Assembly: GCA_028716565.1 (NCBI GenBank)
Contig: JAQUPL010000001.1
Location: 409,476 to 473,475, forward strand
Direction: 5' to 3'
Length of the DNA stretch: 64,000 bases
Origin: Candidatus Omnitrophota bacterium
GTDB lineage: Bacteria > Omnitrophota > Gorgyraeia > Pluralincolimonadales > Pluralincolimonadaceae
Below the pieces are notes generated by a model, which did not search any database, was not told where the DNA came from, and saw only the letters and a list, made by a program, of their open reading frames with translations. Below are positions 47,750 to 56,041 of the stretch, piece after piece; within the stretch, counting starts at the first letter, position 1, and each line of letters begins with the position of its first letter. The position numbers and the translations under genes are program-made.

Positions 47750-48837
47750 AATGTCTTGAAAAAATTCTCCCGCGGCATCTCATAGCGTTTCTGGGCAAGC
47801 CGGGCCTTCCTGACGAATTTTTCGTCGGTCAACAGGCTGCGAACCAGGCCCGGGAACTGGGAATACGCGTTCGCCGAAGGGCAGTATCCTGCCATCTTCA
47901 AAAAAGGTATGCCCGGGATATCAACGCCCGGCAGGAAAGATGAGACAAGCCTTCCTCTCATCATCGCCTCGAACAGGGGCGTCGTATTCATGCCCCAGAC
48001 ATAGTCTGAGCTTGCTATCAGTTCGCTGGCATTATATTTTTTCTTCACCATCCTGACGTTGATATTCCCGGCCAGCTTCTCTTTGGCTATACGGCCGTAA
48101 CGCCTGTAAATATCCTCTTTCTCGCCGTTAGGGTGGAACTTTACGATCAGGTTCAGGCTCTTGCCGTATCCGGCGGAAACCTTTGACAGCTCGCCCGCTA
48201 CCCGTTCAAAGATCTTAAATTGGTTGTATTCTACCGGCGGTTCGGTCGGCTCGGCAAGATATAATATTGTCTTTGTGCCCGGATCCAGCGACAACTGCCT
48301 TAGCATACGCTTTCTAATATTGCCAAGGCCTCTCAAAGGGGCTGTTGCCGATGAAAAATACGGGTTCCCTGTGCGGACTATCCTTGCCCGATTGCCGAAA
48401 TATTTGCGGCATAAACCTTCCGCTATGCCGTCGACCACGCAGATCCAGTCGGGGACGCAGGTCTCGCCGGTCTTAGAATAAATGAACCTCTTTTCGAAAT
48501 TTGTCCACCAATCTATGAAAGATACGACCGGAACCCCGCAGGCCTTTCCGGCCTTTATATAATCCCTCTCGAGGTCATCGTTTATGCTCGTGCCGGTCAC
48601 GATCAGGTCCGGCCTTTCGGCCCGGACAAAATCACATATGTACGGATAACCGCTCTGCGCCTGCCTGCGCACGTCTGGTCCGGTGCCCGCTTCTACGGCC
48701 AGGGGAAATCCCGGCCCCCGGGCCGCTACGCAGACATTTGCGCCGAGCTTTTTCAACGGCCGGTACAAGAGCAGCACCGCCTGCGATGCGCCGGGGTCGC
48801 GGATAGCCATTATTATCTTTTTCCCATTTAAATCCAT
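47704..48837 (-). CDS. TagF/Glyphos_transf-like GT-B protein (ILYLAEPT and KFHP motifs)
   Basis: TILYLAEPTEPP resembles the TagF ILYAPTWR block; LIVKFHPNGEK and IASSDYVWGMNTT resemble the HP and DYSS blocks. Confidence 0.4.
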   Translation of the reverse strand: MDLNGKKIIMAIRDPGASQAVLLLYRPLKKLGANVCVAARGPGFPLAVEAGTGPDVRRQAQSGYPYICDFVRAERPDLIVTGTSINDDLERDYIKAGKACGVPVVSFIDWWTNFEKRFIYSKTGETCVPDWICVVDGIAEGLCRKYFGNRARIVRTGNPYFSSATAPLRGLGNIRKRMLRQLSLDPGTKTILYLAEPTEPPVEYNQFKIFERVAGELSKVSAGYGKSLNLIVKFHPNGEKEDIYRRYGRIAKEKLAGNINVRMVKKKYNASELIASSDYVWGMNTTPLFEAMMRGRLVSSFLPGVDIPGIPFLKMAGYCPSANAYSQFPGLVRSLLTDEKFVRKARLAQKRYEMPRENFFKTFCGIAKAELTRKGRR

Positions 48838-48844
48838 ATGTTTC

Positions 48845-49807
48845 TTACGGCCTTCTTGCCTTGCGCCAGATCTCCGACGCCAGCCTGATTATTTCCATTT
48901 CATTCTTCAAGGGCCCGTGGTCTATAGACTGCGCGCGGAAGGCCTTCACGATACCGGAGACGGAATTTTTCATTGCCTTCGAGATCGTTGAAGGATAACG
49001 ACGGGCAGGTGCCAACTCCTGAAAATCCGGATACACACATGATCTCCTTACCTTAAAGATATCGACCTCGCCCTGATCGCCTATTCTCACACGCGCCTTT
49101 TTGTAAAACAGGTCCAGCTCAAGATAAGGGTAGTCTTTCCCGTCTACCCAGCTGAAGAATACCGGTTTCCCGTCCTTCGTTTTTAAAAGGATTGAAGCGC
49201 CAAAATCGTCTTTGTAAAGCTTGACTATTGACGCGATCAGCGAAAAATCCGGCTTGTGCCCGAACAATAAAAGTAGGTCGACAAGGTGAACCGCATTTTG
49301 CAGGAAACCGCCGTAATAGACCGCCCGGCCGGCTTGGAAACCTCCGAACTCACCCCCGATTATGCGTCCTTTAACCCTGTTTATCGATTCATCCCAGCGA
49401 CGGAGGTAATTTACGGCGATATAAGCGCCTTTCTTTTTAGCTAAATCGGCGAGTTCCGCGGTCTGGGAGATCTTGTAAGTAAGCGGTTTTTCCGCCAGGA
49501 TATACCTGACCCCCGAATTCTCCAGGATCCATTTTATTATATTATAGTGGGCCGATGTCGTGGCGCAGACGCTGACGACGTCAAGGCGCTCCTTCCTGAA
49601 CATTTCCCTGTAATCCCTGTATGGGATAACCCCCGGATAAACGCGGGCCATTTCACGCGCCCGGTCGAATATGATATCGCTGCAGGAGACCAGCCTCGCA
49701 GACGGCTCATTAAAGTACGATTTGGCGTGCGTATTATAATGCGGCCCTTTTGGGTTGTCCCATTTAAACGCTATATTCCCGCAACCAATTATCCCTGCTC
49801 TGACCAT
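48845..49807 (-). CDS. Gfo/Idh/MocA-family NAD(P)-dependent oxidoreductase (WbpB-like sugar dehydrogenase)
   Basis: AGIIGCGNIAFKW Rossmann motif and the EKP motif ILAEKPLTY. Confidence 0.7.
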   Translation of the reverse strand: MVRAGIIGCGNIAFKWDNPKGPHYNTHAKSYFNEPSARLVSCSDIIFDRAREMARVYPGVIPYRDYREMFRKERLDVVSVCATTSAHYNIIKWILENSGVRYILAEKPLTYKISQTAELADLAKKKGAYIAVNYLRRWDESINRVKGRIIGGEFGGFQAGRAVYYGGFLQNAVHLVDLLLLFGHKPDFSLIASIVKLYKDDFGASILLKTKDGKPVFFSWVDGKDYPYLELDLFYKKARVRIGDQGEVDIFKVRRSCVYPDFQELAPARRYPSTISKAMKNSVSGIVKAFRAQSIDHGPLKNEMEIIRLASEIWRKARRP

Positions 49808-49808
49808 G

Positions 49809-50588
49809 TTATTTTATACCTGTCCTGTTTATGGAACGGCCTTTTAAAGGCTCCAATATCCCGGGCTCATCATCAAGCAACTTGATGATGTCGCCGGTAT
49901 CGAATAATTTGTTCACCGGGTAAAGCCGCCCGTATATCCTCCTCATGACCTCAAGGTCCGCCTCGGTATCGAGGGCAAGATGGATATCCGGCCGGTTAAA
50001 TTTTGCCGGGGCCGGATACCGGTACGACGAAAATAACTCCGGGTGGCTTTTAATGAAATAATTTGTGTGCTCGAAATTATTGCTGTCCGAATTGTAAGGG
50101 GCGCGGCACGCCGTCTCATGCGCCCTGGATAACGCGGAAAATCCGGCCACCTGCATATCTATGCCTACGGGATAAGAGTCCTCCAGGCAATTCGATACCA
50201 GGTCATACGCATTCTTGAAGAAGAAATCGACGCCTTCATCTATTAACGAAGGAGAGATGCATGAGCAATCGCCGGTGACCAAAACAAGCGCCTTCGCGGC
50301 TGCGACCGTCCCCGCTCCCACTACCCTTCCCAGGACATCCGTTTCGCTGCCCCGGTAGCATCCGGCCCCGAACCTTTTCGCGATCGGCAGCAGCCGGTCG
50401 TCGCTGTCTTTTTCGGTCGTCGCTACCACCACCCCTTTGACATTTTTACACGCCGAAAGCCTTTCTATGACCGCCCCCAAAGCGGGAAGCCCCGGGTACA
50501 GGTCAAGCGCCATCTTTCCGGGAAGGCGCGTAGACCCCATCCTGGCCTCTATCACGGCGTATACCTCTTTCGCGGTTTTCATGGTCAA
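49809..50588 (-). CDS. CTP_transf_3 cytidylyltransferase (SpsF/PseF-like CMP-nonulosonate synthetase)
   Basis: AVIEARMGSTRLPGKM nucleotide-binding motif. Confidence 0.65.
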   Translation of the reverse strand: MTMKTAKEVYAVIEARMGSTRLPGKMALDLYPGLPALGAVIERLSACKNVKGVVVATTEKDSDDRLLPIAKRFGAGCYRGSETDVLGRVVGAGTVAAAKALVLVTGDCSCISPSLIDEGVDFFFKNAYDLVSNCLEDSYPVGIDMQVAGFSALSRAHETACRAPYNSDSNNFEHTNYFIKSHPELFSSYRYPAPAKFNRPDIHLALDTEADLEVMRRIYGRLYPVNKLFDTGDIIKLLDDEPGILEPLKGRSINRTGIK

Positions 50589-51502
50589 ATAAACCTGTCG
50601 CCTTTTGCGAAATCACGGGCCGGCCTTCCGCCCTCAGCTGCCACATCGCTTATCCATATAGCCCTATCCCCGGCAGACACCAAAAACGAGCGTTTATTGC
50701 CCTTCTTTCGCACCGACAGTATTTCACCGGCATCTCCGGCCGCCCTCCGGGAGCCGCCGATCTTCGCGCTCCAAACAAAATACTTTACGCCCTTGCTATA
50801 TGTGAACGCGCCGGGATAAGGACGGGTCAGGGCCCGTATCCAGTTGTAAACATCGATAGCCGGGGCGTTCCAGTTGATGCGCCCGTCTTCCGGCCGCCGC
50901 TTCGGCCAAAACTTACGGTTCCCGGAAACATTCTTTATCCTGCGCGCGCGCCCCGCCTCGATCTCAGGCAGGTGCCTGCTGATCAAACGGCACACCGCCG
51001 ACGCGGCCTTGTCGTATACCGTAGCGCAAGTGTCCTTAATACTTATCGGAAAACTCATTTGGGCAATTATATCCCCGGTGTCCGCCTGAGGGTCGCAGTA
51101 GAACATGGTAACACCGGTCTTCTTCTCTCCGTTTATTATCGCCCAGTTCACGGGCGCGCGGCCCCTGTATTTTGGCAGCAATGAAGAATGGAAACCTATC
51201 GCGCCTTTGCCGGGGATCTTCAATATCTCCGCGCAGACCAATCTTTGCCAGCCGCATATCACTATCAATTCCGGTCCCATCTTTTTAATGCGCGAGATAT
51301 TCGCAGGATCGTTGAGGTCCTTTACCCTGTACAGCGGTATGCCGTGTTTCCTGGCGACCGCAGAGAAATCCGAGAACCCCGAGGTCCTGCCGGCATATTT
51401 CCGGGAGAGGGTAAATATGGCCGCAACATCGCCGCCGTCTTTTATCACCTGCCTCAGGCATTTCATTCCAATCTCGACGCAACCTATAAAAACTATCCTC
51501 AT
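50585..51502 (-). CDS. formyltransferase (Fmt/ArnA N-domain family; sugar N-formyltransferase-like)
   Basis: HSSLLPKYRGRAPVNWAI (HxSLLPxxxG) and MFYCDPQADTGDII motifs. Confidence 0.75.
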   Translation of the reverse strand: MRIVFIGCVEIGMKCLRQVIKDGGDVAAIFTLSRKYAGRTSGFSDFSAVARKHGIPLYRVKDLNDPANISRIKKMGPELIVICGWQRLVCAEILKIPGKGAIGFHSSLLPKYRGRAPVNWAIINGEKKTGVTMFYCDPQADTGDIIAQMSFPISIKDTCATVYDKAASAVCRLISRHLPEIEAGRARRIKNVSGNRKFWPKRRPEDGRINWNAPAIDVYNWIRALTRPYPGAFTYSKGVKYFVWSAKIGGSRRAAGDAGEILSVRKKGNKRSFLVSAGDRAIWISDVAAEGGRPARDFAKGDRFI

Positions 51503-51504
51503 CC

Positions 51505-52179
51505 CTATTTTCGCACTTCCCTTATAAGCCTGAACGGCTCGGCATATTTAATGCCCGCCGAGATCCCCCAGTAATTCGCGTAAGCCTTTATGGCTTCGGG
51601 GCTCCTGGGATGCGGGTACGGCCTGGCTTCGCTTTCGTACCGCGACATCGCCGCCGTCTTCACCCCGATCTCGCCGGCGATATCGAGAAATATATTAGGT
51701 ATGAACAGGTCCTCTTTTTCCATGGAGTTCCATTCGGTAGTGGAAGCCACATTATACGTGAAAAGCCTTTTTATCTTCTGCCCGGGGATGGGCCTAGCGG
51801 CGGTTATCGACGCCTCGTATACTATCCGGTGGTCCTTGTTCAGGTCCGCGGCGTGGTGGGTATACAGGCTGTCCGCATCCAGCCGCGATATATATTTTTC
51901 TATGCACCCGATGATATCTGAAAGCGCGATGGTATCGAACTTCTGGTTCGGGAAATCCTCGAAAAAGACTTTCTTGGTTCCGACCTTCTTATTCGCCTCA
52001 AGGGCGTTCTTCCTGAGCGCCGCAGCCTGCCGCGGCGAATACCTGCCCTTTGCGCCGTCCGTCAGGATCACGACGTATGAATCGATGCCGCATTTCTTTT
52101 GCTTGGCGATCAGGCCTCCGCATCCCAATATCTCGTCATCGGGGTGCGCCGCGATTATCAAGTTTTTCATCGGCTCCAC
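51505..52179 (-). CDS. PIG-L/LmbE-family N-deacetylase
   Basis: IIAAHPDDEILGCGG motif. Confidence 0.7.
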   Translation of the reverse strand: MEPMKNLIIAAHPDDEILGCGGLIAKQKKCGIDSYVVILTDGAKGRYSPRQAAALRKNALEANKKVGTKKVFFEDFPNQKFDTIALSDIIGCIEKYISRLDADSLYTHHAADLNKDHRIVYEASITAARPIPGQKIKRLFTYNVASTTEWNSMEKEDLFIPNIFLDIAGEIGVKTAAMSRYESEARPYPHPRSPEAIKAYANYWGISAGIKYAEPFRLIREVRK

Positions 52180-53009
52180 CTGTGTAATATGGTCCTGGTT
52201 TTTTCGATCACGGAAAACCCGTTCCTGATGTAAAAATTCATAGCCGCAATATTCCCGATCTGCGTTTCAGTCACCATTTCAAAACGCCTAAAATGCCTGA
52301 TAACATGCCGTATCAACGCGGTGCCCACGCCTGCGCCCGCGAACTTTGCCGCTACCGCCACATAGGCCAAAAAGACCTTTTTCTTCCGCGCATCCTTATG
52401 GCACAGGATTACTCCCGCAGCTTCACCGCCGATTCGCGCGGCGAAGAGAGACCGCGTTGCGGAAGGTTTGAAATTTTTTAAATAACTGATCCAAAGCAGG
52501 TCTGCTTTTTCTTTCCGTATATGCCGATCGGTATGGAAACGGTCGCATGTGAATACCGAGCCCAGTCTGGAATACGGCAGGCCCTCATTCGTTTCCAGCT
52601 TTTCTATCTTACAACCAAGCGCTCCTCTCTTGGCGTGCGCAGCCATAGACCTCCCGGCGCAGCATTCCCTATCCTGATATTTAAGGGTTACTTCGGTATT
52701 AATGTATTTAAAACCGGCAGAATACAAAAAATCTAATACCTTTATTCCGGTCGCCGTGTCGATCTTGGCGGTAATAAATGTATCCTTAAAGGATCTCCTG
52801 AACTTTTCGTCAAGCTCGGAGGACGGCGTCAATTCCAGCCTGCCGGCATCCAGCAGAAAAGAAGGCCTTCCGAAAAAACCGGTGTCCCACGACAAAAATT
52901 TCAGGCGGATCTTCGCGCCGGCCGCCTTAAGCGTGATGTCTTTCATATATTTCATCCACTGCCTCCCTGATAGAGTCTGTCCTCGGGAAAATGCCCGGGT
53001 CCACGGCAA
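52167..53009 (-). CDS. GNAT-family N-acetyltransferase (PseH/WecD-like position after the PseG-like gene)
   Basis: C-terminal VAVAAKFAGAGVGTALI acetyl-CoA motif. Likely internal start MKYMKDI at about 52955. Confidence 0.5.
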   Translation of the reverse strand: MPWTRAFSRGQTLSGRQWMKYMKDITLKAAGAKIRLKFLSWDTGFFGRPSFLLDAGRLELTPSSELDEKFRRSFKDTFITAKIDTATGIKVLDFLYSAGFKYINTEVTLKYQDRECCAGRSMAAHAKRGALGCKIEKLETNEGLPYSRLGSVFTCDRFHTDRHIRKEKADLLWISYLKNFKPSATRSLFAARIGGEAAGVILCHKDARKKKVFLAYVAVAAKFAGAGVGTALIRHVIRHFRRFEMVTETQIGNIAAMNFYIRNGFSVIEKTRTILHRWSR

Positions 53010-53931
53010 CGCTGCGGCGCAGCGCCTCTTTTACCATTACGGGATCGATCGTCCGGAATCCCATATAACGGGCGTATCTTTTCTTATCAAAATATTCGCA
53101 CCTCGTGACTTGATGTTCATACACCGCCGTCAGTAAAGCCGGCGTACGCGTACAGACCAGTTCATACGCGGTAAGCCCCCCCGCGGAGATAGCAAGGTCG
53201 CAATTCATATATTCCTGGAACATGCTCGCAATATTCTGTTTTAATTCATACTTTAGCGCCAGGTCACCGAGCCTGCGCTTCAGCGTTTCCCTGTATCTAT
53301 AACCCGAGCCCAGGATAATATGCAATTCCAGCGAGGTATCGAGGCCTGCCAGCGCCTCTACCGCCTTTTTTGTGAGGTCAAATTCATCGGCTCCGCCTAG
53401 CGTTATCAATACAGTCCTGACCGTCTCTTTATCCTTCCTTTCGCGTATACGATCGAATTGAAAGTCGGCCGGCAGGATCACATACTGCGGCCCAAGGAGG
53501 AAACGCGCCCTGCCTGCCGCGCGCCCTCTAAAGGTCTCCTCAGCCGATACATCCCAGTTCACGACCAGGTCGAAATCGTCCGGCACGGCGCCGTCAAAGC
53601 ACACACACGCCTTTATCGCTTCAGGCGTTATCCCGCGGTAATCAGCCAGCGGCCTTTCAGTGATCTCAAAGAAGGCCGCGTCGATACCGTTCTTCTTTAT
53701 ATACCTGTTTATGTTGTCCACCTCTTCTTCGATGCCGCTGTCCGGGTCGATCACGCTCAGGTTCTTTAACGCGTGTTTTTCTGCCAGCGCTAGGCCCAGG
53801 TCATACCCCCTGATGATAAAATGCGCTCTCCAGCCCTCCTTCTCAAAATACCTGGACAGGTGTATCAGGGAGACCAGGTCACCCGTGCCGATACAGGTTT
53901 TAGCGTCTGCCCTGAATACTATGTTCTTCAT
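52927..53931 (-). CDS. PseG-like UDP-sugar hydrolase (pseudaminic acid biosynthesis-associated, MurG-like fold)
   Basis: MKNIVFRADAKTCIGTGDLVSLIHL N-terminus and C-terminal LITLGGAD...CDLAISAGGLTAYEL resemble PseG. Confidence 0.5.
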   Translation of the reverse strand: MKNIVFRADAKTCIGTGDLVSLIHLSRYFEKEGWRAHFIIRGYDLGLALAEKHALKNLSVIDPDSGIEEEVDNINRYIKKNGIDAAFFEITERPLADYRGITPEAIKACVCFDGAVPDDFDLVVNWDVSAEETFRGRAAGRARFLLGPQYVILPADFQFDRIRERKDKETVRTVLITLGGADEFDLTKKAVEALAGLDTSLELHIILGSGYRYRETLKRRLGDLALKYELKQNIASMFQEYMNCDLAISAGGLTAYELVCTRTPALLTAVYEHQVTRCEYFDKKRYARYMGFRTIDPVMVKEALRRSVAVDPGIFPRTDSIREAVDEIYERHHA

Positions 53932-55001
53932 CTCAAAATGTCCGCCCAGGTAAGAGGTTCGCCTGACGGAATATCCCTTTTAGCGGTGACCCTGTGATCC
54001 TCGAATAAGCTCATATATTCCGGCGCAAGCCCATGCGCCTTTTTGCCGGGCCTGAGGACGGCGATGTGCGAGGGCTTTATTGCCTTCCCTTTCTTAATGT
54101 CCCTGCGCGCAAAAAGGCTCATGAAGGCAAAATCCCTCAGGTAACGTTCATGGGGAAATGTCACCTTGGCCGTCGTGCCGTACAAAAGTTTATCGATAGT
54201 GAAATTTTTACGCTTATGCGCGGTTTCTGCCGACCTGACATCCTTTACCATCTTTTCAATCTCATCCGGTTCCAACGCAAAGAAATGGTCAGGACCCGCC
54301 ATTTTTCTGTCCAGGGTAATGTGTTTTTCTATGATAGAAGCGCCGAGATAGACCGCCTGTACCGCGGCGTCGGAGACCTCTGCGGTGTGGTCGGAGAATC
54401 CGACCGCGATGCCCGAAAAAGCCAGCTTCAAGGTCTCTATCACCCCAAGGTTGCAGTCCTTGAGCGGCGTCGGATACTTCAACGAGCAATGTAAGAGCGC
54501 TATTTTATCATGATAACGTTTAACGGTAAAAACTGCCTTTTCAACCTCGCCCAGGCTCGCTCCGCCCGTGGAGATGATTACCGGAAGCCCGGTCTGCGCG
54601 CACTGTTGGAGCAACGGCAGGTTTGTAATCGAATACGAAGCGATCTTGATCCGTTTCAGTCCCTTCTCAACCATTGTCCTGAGCCCGCGCGCGTCGAAAA
54701 CAGAGGCGAGGAAATCTATCTTCTTCCCTGCGCAATGGCGCATGAGCCGCGTAATCCACGCTTCGGGCATTTCAAACCGCTTTGCCGCATCGAAGATATC
54801 GTAAGAATATGCCCCTTTGGCGTCTTTCCAGTCCAGTTTGCCCGCCGTCTCCGGATAAAGATATTTCGCTTTGAAATGCTGGAACTTCGCGGCATTACAG
54901 CCCGCGGCTGCGGCGGCGTCGATCATCTCCAGGCAGTTATCGAGAGAGCCGTTATGGTTGATGCCTATTTCCGCTATTACATAGACCGGCCTGTCAGGCA
55001 C
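53928..55001 (-). CDS. NeuB/PseI-family nonulosonic acid synthase with C-terminal SAF domain
   Basis: VIAEIGINHNGSLDNCLEMIDAAAAAGCNAAKFQ TIM-barrel motif and a C-terminal SAF-like region. Confidence 0.8.
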   Translation of the reverse strand: MPDRPVYVIAEIGINHNGSLDNCLEMIDAAAAAGCNAAKFQHFKAKYLYPETAGKLDWKDAKGAYSYDIFDAAKRFEMPEAWITRLMRHCAGKKIDFLASVFDARGLRTMVEKGLKRIKIASYSITNLPLLQQCAQTGLPVIISTGGASLGEVEKAVFTVKRYHDKIALLHCSLKYPTPLKDCNLGVIETLKLAFSGIAVGFSDHTAEVSDAAVQAVYLGASIIEKHITLDRKMAGPDHFFALEPDEIEKMVKDVRSAETAHKRKNFTIDKLLYGTTAKVTFPHERYLRDFAFMSLFARRDIKKGKAIKPSHIAVLRPGKKAHGLAPEYMSLFEDHRVTAKRDIPSGEPLTWADILR

Positions 55002-56019
55002 TCCTTAACCTTCCCACCATATTGATATTCCTTGCCAGGTGGTTCTTGTAGATCAGTTCCGGTGTAAGAAAATCCAGGGCATCGGCATTATCGCCGAAAT
55101 AGGGGTCCTTGTAGCTAAGGTAATTCTTGATCACCCCGATCTCCGTGATTATCGTTTCGTGCTCCAGGACCTCAAACCCCGCTTTTTCAAAAAGCATGGA
55201 AAGGGTCTCCCTGCTAAAGAACTGGATATGAGAATGCCCCGCAAAAACGCCTGCTTTTTCATGCATGATCCGGTTGACAAGCGCATCCATGCAAGGGACT
55301 GAAATAAAAATTATGCCTTTTGGTTTTAATATCTTCTTTACCTCCAGCACTGTCTCTAAGGGCTCCCTCAAGTGCTCAAGGGTGTTCAATAAAAAGATGC
55401 AATCAAACCTACGCTTGATCTCTTGCTTAAGCGGGAAAAAATCGCCTATATAATCTATTTCTTTTTCCGTTAAAAATTTATGGCAGCGCCGGTTAGGTTC
55501 GACGCCAAAAGCGTAGTATCCCCTCTTTTTTGCTTCGCCAAGTAATGTGCCCGGCCCGCAGCCCACATCGCAAATACCTATATCACTTTTTTCCTTACTG
55601 TCGAAATAAAACTCGGCGATATCCAGGCTGTACCTTGCCTCCAGGGCCTGCATCTTTATCTGCTCCGCGCTTTCCAAAACAGCCTCCCAGGAATCCTCGG
55701 CGCTCCAGAGTTTCTTGTATTCATCATTATTCAGGATCCGGTTTACATATACCAACCCGCAGCTCTTGCACTTTACATGAGGGAACCCATACTTTACAAA
55801 AACCGCATCGTGGTCTCCTGACTTGCACAACGGACAGGCTCTCTTCTCGGCGAACTTATCATAAATAAGCCCGGTACCGGGATCGGTCCATTGGTCATCA
55901 TGGGTCTCCCTGTAAGCGAGGTGGTCATCGCGCTTGGTCAACAGGTTGAACTTGCGAGTGCCATAGACTATACTGGCATCAAACTCATTCCTTCTTTTTA
56001 CTCGTTCCTCAAAATTCAT
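54994..56019 (-). CDS. SAM-dependent methyltransferase with N-terminal Cys4 zinc ribbon
   Basis: CPLCKS...CKSCG zinc ribbon and ICDVGCGPGTLL motif I. Same architecture as 37086..38078. Confidence 0.6.
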   Translation of the reverse strand: MNFEERVKRRNEFDASIVYGTRKFNLLTKRDDHLAYRETHDDQWTDPGTGLIYDKFAEKRACPLCKSGDHDAVFVKYGFPHVKCKSCGLVYVNRILNNDEYKKLWSAEDSWEAVLESAEQIKMQALEARYSLDIAEFYFDSKEKSDIGICDVGCGPGTLLGEAKKRGYYAFGVEPNRRCHKFLTEKEIDYIGDFFPLKQEIKRRFDCIFLLNTLEHLREPLETVLEVKKILKPKGIIFISVPCMDALVNRIMHEKAGVFAGHSHIQFFSRETLSMLFEKAGFEVLEHETIITEIGVIKNYLSYKDPYFGDNADALDFLTPELIYKNHLARNINMVGRLRSA

Positions 56020-56041
56020 TTTTCACTCCCGTGTTTGCATG

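Noticed and set aside
47704-48837. UDP-GlcNAc 2-epimerase (WecB/NeuC) call
   Set aside because: There is an HP-containing block, but the conserved DSGG-type motif of 2-epimerases is absent. The ILYLAEPT and KFHP pattern fits TagF-like transferases better.
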